Positions 46,594-55,200 of a stretch of DNA of 59,842 bases are shown here, in pieces. Every line of letters starts with the position of its first letter. The stretch's first letter is position 1. The stretch is from IMG/VR virus record IMGVR_UViG_3300030109_000604, positions 1-59,842 of that record; one strand, 5' to 3'. The notes beneath the pieces are model-generated. The model ran no database searches, was not told the DNA's origin, and was given only the letters and a program-made list of their open reading frames with translations. The stretch is from a virus. Lineage: Duplodnaviria > Caudoviricetes. Made by a program: the position numbers and the translations under genes.

Positions 46594-49260
46594 ATGACAA
46601 ATATTCTACAGATGCAGGAAATACTAAAGAGTATTCCCGACCAAAGGCTTATGCAGGAAATGCAACAGCCGACAGGCCGTGCGCCCCAGTATCTGGTGAT
46701 GACTGAGATCCAGCGGCGCAAGAAAGTTCGTGACGAATATCAAGGTCAAATGCAAGACCAGCAAACTACAGTAGCAGAAGACATGGTGATGGAGCCTGCT
46801 CCTCAACAGCCTCCAATGGCTCCTGCGGGCATGCCTCCACAGATGTCTCAAGGTATGCCGCCACAGATGCAGCCGCCTATGGCTGCGGCTCAACCTCCTA
46901 TGAACATGGAGGGCGGCGGCGCTCTGTATATGCAAGAGGGATCGAAAGCCTCTCAGTATTTCGGGGCTGTGGATTTGAACCGTTTGGTAAGTTTAGTCGA
47001 GGCAGAGGCAGGTAATCAGGATCTTGCGGGCAGACGCGCAGTTGCTGCGGTGATCTTAAACAGAACGCTTTCTGATCAGTTCCCTGACACGATTCAGGCT
47101 GTGGCTGAACAAAGAACCCCCGGTGGAAGTTACCAGTTTAGTCCTTTGATAAATGTAGGTGGTGATATAGATAAGTTGCCAGCAGGATCGGCGGGGACAA
47201 GGGCAGCGGTTCTTGATCTGTTGTCGGACTTTAACAACAAGAACCCTGTCGGGGATGCGTTGTATTTTCAGAACCCTGAAATATCTGGGATGATCTTCCC
47301 TGCTTTGCGCGGGAACTATGATGATGGCAAGCGAAACAATAAACCCTTCCCTGATGGCGTAACTAAGATTGGCGATCATGTTTTCTCGACCCGTTATGGA
47401 AATGAGAAGGCCCCCGAGTTCGAGCCGGTGGCATTTAGGGTAGAAGATAATGCGCTTACAAGTGTAGACAGGAAGCGTCTTGGTACTGATGAAGCGCTGA
47501 AGATTACAGGTGCTGGCGAAGAAGTGATAATGGCAGAGTCTGAGCCTGCTCCTGTGCCTCCCTCATCCTTTCGAGGTGGCATTGCAGGAATCCCCGAAAA
47601 GATAGATCAGAGAACAGGCGGCTTTAGAGGGCCTTCCTTGGCTGAAACGCTACAGCAAGCTCCGCTTCCTCAAGAACAATTGGTAGGGGGCCTAGATGCG
47701 TTCATTCCTGATCGTCGCTTCACTACCAAATCAGGAGCGCAAGTTAAAGCAGAAACCCTTGCTGGTCTTCAGTCTCCAGACACTAACCTGCCTGTTGAGC
47801 TTTATGATGCTGCTGCTCTTGCAGGTTCTGGCTTGCCCATTGGGGAGGTTCCCCCTCCCGCGCCTCGCCCTGATGTTGTTAAGCGTATGGGGGATATAGC
47901 TGCGGCTACAAATGCGGCGCAAATGGCTGAAGATCCTTTGGTTGCGTTCGGAGGATTAGGTGCAACGGGTAGTCAGGCCACCCCTTTCGTGCCTGACCCT
48001 AATGTGGTTAAGCGCCTGCAAGATATGGCTGCGGCTACAAATGCGGCGCAATCGGCTTCTCCAGACTTTAGCTTGCCCGTGGCAGGGTATGATGCTGCTG
48101 CCTCTGCGGATCTGGGTTCCAGCCCAAGATCTTCAGCTACATTAAGGCGCAAGGAGAGGAGGCCCGCCGCAGCACCAGATCCTTTAGCGAAGCTCCGAGA
48201 GTTTGCCAGCAATACAGTAGATTTTTTGCGCAGTGGCGCTCCTTCTCCTGCAATGTCTGCCCAGCCAGACTACTCTCTTGACGTAGCTGGATATGATCCA
48301 GCTTCTGATCTAGCCGCTGCAATTCCGGGCAACGTAGATGAGTTTGGTGAATTTAACGTGAAGCCGCGTTTTGAAACTGCATCTATTGATCCTCCCTCCG
48401 GCGCAGCCGCCCCTCCCGCTGCTACTCAAGCCGCTAATCTCACGTCAACTCCTGCTGGCCTGTATGAGAATTTAGATCCAAAAGCCTATTCCGATCCGTC
48501 TGCTGGAAAAGAAGTTGTTGCTGGTGTACAATCTGTTAGGGACGCCGCCGCAGCAAGTGGGGCAGGCACCACCACAGCAGCCGCACCAACCGGCGGCATG
48601 GCAGACCTTCTCGCCCAGCTACAAGCAGGGCGCGACGATGCCAAGGCTATGGGCCTACTCACTGCTGGTCTTGGGATCATGCAACAAGCCAGCCAGCCGG
48701 GCGCTACCTTATTAAGCTCTATCCCCGGCGCAGCAGCAGGGGTCAAGCAGTACAGTGCGGATAAGGCTAATCTTGCCAAGCAGCAGCTTGCTCTAGCCAC
48801 CCTTGCCAATCAGCAGCGAGCAACGGATATAGCCGCTCAGAAAGCAGGGCAGTTACCTAAGTATCAGGCTATTCGAGAAAACCTAAGGGCAGCTATCTAT
48901 AACGATCCCACTCAGAGGGATAAGTATTTTGACAAGGCAGGCAAGCCCAATGCAGCATTTGAAGAGTTGGTTATAAGCAAGACTAGGACCTTGCCTGACC
49001 CATCGCTTACTCGCGCTCGCTTGGAGTCAGCGGCTAATAAATATGCAGATTCAAAAGCCGGTTTGGCTGAGGCCTCAAGAATCAGGGAGGAACTTAAAAA
49101 GAAAAACCCGACCATGAGTGAGGCTGATGCTTTCAAAAGAGCTTCCGAAATTTTGCGTCGAAGATTCTTGTATGGAAATAATTCTACTGTTCCCTCTGCG
49201 GGGGTACAATCTGTGGTGCGGGGCGCTGATGGTAAACTGTCTGTGGCTCCTGCGGGTTAA
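46594..49260 (+). CDS. ejection protein with SleB-like (Hydrolase_2) peptidoglycan hydrolase domain
   Basis: AEAGNQ...G..AVA.VILNR....FP.TI..V...YQFS...ALYF.NP...IGDHVF; start reassigned to ATG 46594. Confidence 0.8.
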   Translation: MTNILQMQEILKSIPDQRLMQEMQQPTGRAPQYLVMTEIQRRKKVRDEYQGQMQDQQTTVAEDMVMEPAPQQPPMAPAGMPPQMSQGMPPQMQPPMAAAQPPMNMEGGGALYMQEGSKASQYFGAVDLNRLVSLVEAEAGNQDLAGRRAVAAVILNRTLSDQFPDTIQAVAEQRTPGGSYQFSPLINVGGDIDKLPAGSAGTRAAVLDLLSDFNNKNPVGDALYFQNPEISGMIFPALRGNYDDGKRNNKPFPDGVTKIGDHVFSTRYGNEKAPEFEPVAFRVEDNALTSVDRKRLGTDEALKITGAGEEVIMAESEPAPVPPSSFRGGIAGIPEKIDQRTGGFRGPSLAETLQQAPLPQEQLVGGLDAFIPDRRFTTKSGAQVKAETLAGLQSPDTNLPVELYDAAALAGSGLPIGEVPPPAPRPDVVKRMGDIAAATNAAQMAEDPLVAFGGLGATGSQATPFVPDPNVVKRLQDMAAATNAAQSASPDFSLPVAGYDAAASADLGSSPRSSATLRRKERRPAAAPDPLAKLREFASNTVDFLRSGAPSPAMSAQPDYSLDVAGYDPASDLAAAIPGNVDEFGEFNVKPRFETASIDPPSGAAAPPAATQAANLTSTPAGLYENLDPKAYSDPSAGKEVVAGVQSVRDAAAASGAGTTTAAAPTGGMADLLAQLQAGRDDAKAMGLLTAGLGIMQQASQPGATLLSSIPGAAAGVKQYSADKANLAKQQLALATLANQQRATDIAAQKAGQLPKYQAIRENLRAAIYNDPTQRDKYFDKAGKPNAAFEELVISKTRTLPDPSLTRARLESAANKYADSKAGLAEASRIREELKKKNPTMSEADAFKRASEILRRRFLYGNNSTVPSAGVQSVVRGADGKLSVAPAG

Positions 49261-49272
49261 TGGGCGCTGTAA

Positions 49273-52200
49273 ATGGCACAATTATTTGAGTTTGAGGGGC
49301 AACAATATTCTTTCCCCGATGACGCAACTCAAGAAGAAATCTTTGGTTTTTTAGATCAAGCATCCCCTGCGCCAACTCCTGAGGAACCTTCCGAAAAAGG
49401 GTTTCTTGATAGAACTGGAGAGATGCTCAAGGGCGGCGCTCAAAGGTTTGCAGGGTCCAGTGCCTATGGCCTAGCGTCGGGTCTTGAATATTTTGGAGCT
49501 TCTCCAGAAACTCAAGAAGAACTAAAAACCTATGCTGCGCAACAGGAGGAGTCTCTAAAGGGCATATCTCCAATTAAACCTTTGTTAGAAGCAGAGAGCT
49601 TGGGGGATGTAGCATCTTCGGGTTATGACTATTTAGTGCAGTCAAGTCCTTACATGGGCGCAATGTTAACGGGCGCTTACGCTGGGGGCAAAGCCGCTGC
49701 CGCCCTGCCAATACCTCACCCGGCAGTTAAGGCCATTACTATGTTCGCGGGAGGATTGCTGGGGGGCGCAGCGGCAACGTATAATGCGTTCTTTGGGGAC
49801 AATGTTAAAGAAGCGGAGCAAGTTAAAGGAAGAAAGCTAACCAAAGAAGAAACAGAGGGTGCTGCGGTGGCTGCGGTAGGGCAGTCTATTGCTGATGCAG
49901 TTATATCAAAGATACTGCCGTCTAGGGGCAGTCCAAAACTAATTACAAATACGCTTAAAAAGCTAATGCAAGGTGGTGCTGTTGAGGGGACCACTGAAGT
50001 TTTTCAAGAGTCTCTTTCCATACTGCAAGCTAATGATTTTGATTTAGATTCTTTAAGGACGCCTGAGGCCACGTATCGTTTAAAAGAAGCGGGCCTAGCC
50101 GGTATGGTTATTGGAGCGCCTATTAGCGCTGCTACGGGTCCGTTTACTAGAGAGGCTCCTCCAACAGCCCCACCGGTACTTCCCGATGTTACTGAGGGTC
50201 TACAAGAAACATTAGATGTAGAGACTGAAACTACCCTTGAGGAAGATACTGCTGATGGGGAGCAGTCCGTTACAGAAGCGGATATGGCTTCCGAGGGTCA
50301 ACTGGATTTAAATTTTGCATCTGAAGAGGTTGCGCAGGACGAGGTAGAATCTGCGGTTACGCCGCCAGCGAGTGACGAGTTCGTAACTGAGCAGGTTGAG
50401 GGTGGGGTGGATGAAACAGTCGCTCCCGATGTAGGGCCTGTTGACATTGCCGGTGTATCTGATGAAGTCGTAGACGAACAGTTGCGACAAATTGTTGCAG
50501 ACCCACCCCCTGAGGGGCCTGCCGCTCCTGATCTGGGGGAGCTTGACCTAGAAGTTACGGAGCCTGTCTCTCCAGAGTTTCAGCCGAGTACATTAGAAAC
50601 ATTTCCTGTTGCTGAAGAACAATTGGAACTGTTTGATACTTCTACGATTGAGGCGCTTACTGCTTCTGCGCAGTCGGCTACTCCGAAGCTATCTATTCCT
50701 GAGCATATTGTAAAAAAGATAATTGAGAACTTGAACCGCCGCCTTCAGGCACGCGGTCTGGCCGATGACGTGTCGTTAATTATAACTGATACAATATTCC
50801 GGCCTGAGATGGGGGCAGACCCAGACTCCACACCCAGTGAAGCTAAGTACATTCCCCGTACACAGTCGGCTAAGGGCGCAATAATCTTAGCCCTTGATGC
50901 TCTCCCCGAATCCACCCTGAGGAAACCCAAAGAGATGGCAACCTATCTTGCCGGTCTCACGGATCACGAGACTGTTCACTCATGGGTGGACATTGGGGTG
51001 ATAAACGACAACGACATGCAGGCTTTGTCTAAGGCGGCGTCCCTAGCCCCGCACTGGTCTGATCCTAATAAGACAGTGATGGACGTAATAGCAGATGTGT
51101 ACCCTGATCTTGATGCTGAGGGGCAGATAGAGGAAGCGGCGGCTGAATTATTCAGGGGCCATGCGGCTGGTAACGTAGTTCTCAAGGGACGGCCCCTGTC
51201 AATATGGCAACGCATTATGAACTTCTTCAGGAATCTAAAAGGAGGCCTAGCAGAAGCTGACATATACAAGGCGGCTCAGGTCTTCGACAGGGTTGGCATG
51301 TCACCTGACTTTGTATCGGCTGCGCCCACTGCTCCCGCTGATGACTTCGGAGATGAGTTGGTTGAGGCGGTGAGTGGTAAGGATAAGTCGCTAGGCGAAA
51401 AGTTACGCGACGACAAGGAAGCTCGCTCATTTCAGGGTGGTCCCAATATGTGGAAGCCCGAACCCGGCAAGCCGTTTGGTACGCCTCAACTTAAATTTGC
51501 GGGTACTGTTGGGGGTCAAGCGCATGGTTGGGGGTTTTATAATTCTCAAGATGTAGAAGTTGGGAAAGACTTTGCAGGAAGAAGCGGCAGGGGGCAGCTT
51601 CTTGAGCTTGATATTCCAGATGATGCGATAGCTAAATTCATGGACGAAAGCCTGCCACTGAGCAAACAATCTCCGAGTGTGCAACAGGCAATCGGGCGTA
51701 TTTATGATCGCGTTTACGACCGTGGATTTAGACAGTCTATGAGGCAACTCATGGAAGGAAAAGATCCAACAGGTTTTAGAATTTATCGGGACATTGGTAC
51801 TTACGAAAAAATATCTGATAAAGAAATAAGTTTGATGTTGGCCGAAGAAGGGATTCCGGGACTTAAATATGGCGCTGATCCCCGCTTAAGTGGTAGCCCA
51901 ACACCAGAAGGTGTTGCCATGCGTCTTATAGAACTTACGGGTAGTGTTGATGGTGCCATTGCTGAGGCTCAAGCCCGTATAGCTGATGCAGAGCAGAGAG
52001 GAGTTCTTGATCGGGCTGACTCAAGGTTCAAAGTGCCTGCTGCTTTGGAGATCCTGCAAGAACGAGGTGATCCTCGTAGGTATAACTACGTGATCTGGGA
52101 TCAAGATGTTCTAAATAGAGTAGAGGTTAAAGGCGTTAATGAAGTACCGGTCAATCAGGTTGCTGTTAACCTTTCCTCTGCGACAGAGAGTATCCTTGGT

Positions 52201-55200
52201 CTCAAGGATCTACAGGATCAGGCCAACACTGGAGACATAGAAGCACAAGGACTGCTTCAAGATGTAGCTTCAGACTCTTTATCCTACTTGTTGAGCGGTA
52301 TTCCTGATGTACGTGTACTGCCCACGCCCGCACAAGGTTTGTACTTTGGTGATCTAGAGCCATCAATAGGGCTAGACGTTGGTTTCGTGCAGGATAACAA
52401 GAAAGACGTTCTTGCTTCTCTGGCTAAATTTGCCAGCAACTTCAATCAAGAACAGATTCATGTTCGCACTGGTGCTGACGAGAATACAGACGTTGGGTTT
52501 ACTTATCCTGATGGGTCCTATAATACTGCTTCAGTGCGGTTCTCTTTGCGTGAGCCTCTCACCCGCCAAGAGATTGAGGAAGTAATATCTAGCTCAGGTT
52601 TGGTGGGTGTAACTGCTACAGATACTTATTTAGATGCGTACTATGTAGGAGATCCTAGTGATGCAGCCGCCATCCAACAATTCAAACAAGCCGCAGACCG
52701 AGCCTCAAAATCTCTTGAAGGACGCACTAGCGGAGTTGACCCAGCAATTCAAAGACTCTGGGCATACGGTGAGGGATATGGAGCCACCAACCCGTACTCA
52801 GACATACGAGGCCCACTTCGTCCCCCGGAAGCGAACGAAGGGAACCGAACCAGTTGGAGAATAGGTCAGCGCCTACGTGGCCGTCCGTTTATTCCGGTTC
52901 CTTCTCAGCAGACCTTAACCCCTGAGCAGCGCGATCTTCAGTCTGAGATAGCTGATGCGTTTGATGATATGCCCCTTAATGATCTGGGCAATCCAGACGT
53001 GCGCAGAGCCTATGATGAACTGGCGCGAGAGCTAGACAGTCAGTACAGAGCGCTCCCTATCAAGGTGGAAGTATTCGAGGGAGAAGGCGAGCCGTATGCA
53101 AACAGTGCGGCTATGCGAGAAGACATAAACCAGAACAATCATTTGTTTATTTATGGCACTAACGCAGACACCTTCGGCCCTGAGGGTGTGGTCTACGACA
53201 ACCATCCCATGCTTAAGCAGTCGTCATACACTGATGTAAATGGCTACCCCTTGCTTATCAACGATCTGTTGAGGGCAGTGCACGACTATTACGCGCATAC
53301 GATGGCACCAAATAAGTTTGGTCCGTTGGGCGAGGAAGCTGCATGGCAGAATCATATGAGGATGACCCGAAGCCCGTGGGCTAGATGGGCGCTTACCTCA
53401 GAAACAAGGGGCCAGAACAGTTGGGTTAATTTCCACAGGCTCGCTATTGACCCAAGTAAGCGTGCGGACTCGCTGCCAATTACGGAGCGTGAGTTCTCTG
53501 AGCAGAAGACGGCGTTGCTCCCCATAGAATACACGATGACCGGCGATCCTGTTATTGATGAAGAGATGCTCGACATAGCATCTCCCGATAAGGAAGCGCG
53601 AAACTTTCTTGTTGGCCGTTTTTACAAAAAAGAAACGATGTTCGGAGTTCAGTTCGTTAATGAAGATGGTCTTGGTTTGGTTGGAGGGGTGCCAAGTGGA
53701 AGGGCCAGCACACCGGGGACAGCAAACCTTCGTTTTGCGATTATGGATCAGAACATTAGAGGGGAGGACAACAAGCCTATTGCTCTTGGCGAGACAAAAA
53801 TAAATGTCAAGCTGGAGGATGGCGAATTAACTGAAGAGATAGAGGGCATTGTTGACATAGAAATAGAAGATGCCTACCGCAACACGGGCATCGGAAGCCG
53901 CGTAATCAACTCTTTGTTAGAGAATACCACTGACGGTCTGAACATCTACGATATTCAAGAAAGCGCATTGCCATATTGGCGGGACAAGCAGGGGACCTCA
54001 ATTGTTGAAAGAAGTTCTGCTGAGGGTGACAACCTAATTGATGGATTTATTCCGAAAGGTGCGCCTGCGCCTAGTGTGGAAAGAACGGCGGCTTCTCCTG
54101 ATAAAGAAGCGCGGCGCTTTGTTGACTTGCCTAAGGAAGCGCAGCGACTAGTCAGGACCACTGATGCTAACGGTAGGCAGACCGCTAGGTTCGGAACGAT
54201 CCAGTACAAAGGGAACAATGTCCCTGTAGTTCTACACATGGGTACACCAGAAGACTCTGGTATGCGCCATGCGGATAAACATCTTCTTAATTTTGAGACG
54301 TTCACTCCGTATGAGTCTGTTCCCATAGCGCTGAAGTCTTTGATGACGGCATCGTTCAACCCTGAGCGGCAAGCCCCCCGTAAATCTCCTGCCCTTACAT
54401 TTACAGAGGGTGGCGACAGGGGCCAAGCAGGCAAGTTTACCATTGAATGGCAGGACCCAGCATCTCGGTTCCCCATAAAGGCGGCATTTACATTACTGGA
54501 GCCAAACACAATCAGTGGGGTAGAGGTTCCTGTCTTTGCAATGGATACCATCTTTGTAAATACGGGTAGAGAAACTCCCGCTTATCAGGCAGCGGAAACC
54601 ACGATCAGACGCGAAGGCGTGATAGAGCTAGATAAGATCTCACGCCCCGGCAAAGAGGCCGTGCTAGATGCAGTCGCTAACTTCAAGCAGAAATCAAAGA
54701 AAGAAAAGTTTGCTAGGCCCATATCGCAAGAGTTCTCCATCAAGTCCACGCCTACTGATATGGGTATCGACATGCCCTCAGGTATGGTCGCGCCTCAGCA
54801 GCATGAAACCTTGGGCGAAAAGGTTCTTACTAATCTTGGCATGGTTGGCGGCAGTCCTTTAGATAGCTTCGGAGATTTCTTTAAGTGGTTCCGCACAAAC
54901 TTTGTAGATATGTGGGACCCAATCCGTCGCACTGAAGTTGGCCTGTCAGAGCAGGATGAAAAGAACCAGAATTTCCTGAGCGCATCTAGTTCAGCATGGG
55001 CGGCTATGCGAATGGCGCGTAGAGGAACTGCTGTTACAGCATACTCCCTGTCAAAAGGTGTGCCGACTTACCGTGACGGCTATACCTCGGTGAAGGATAT
55101 ACCGGAGGACGCCTTACAAACTAACATAGATGGCACAACAGAGGTCAGTCGAATAGCTGGAACCGATACGGGCTTGATCCCCATCATTGAGCCGCTGAGG

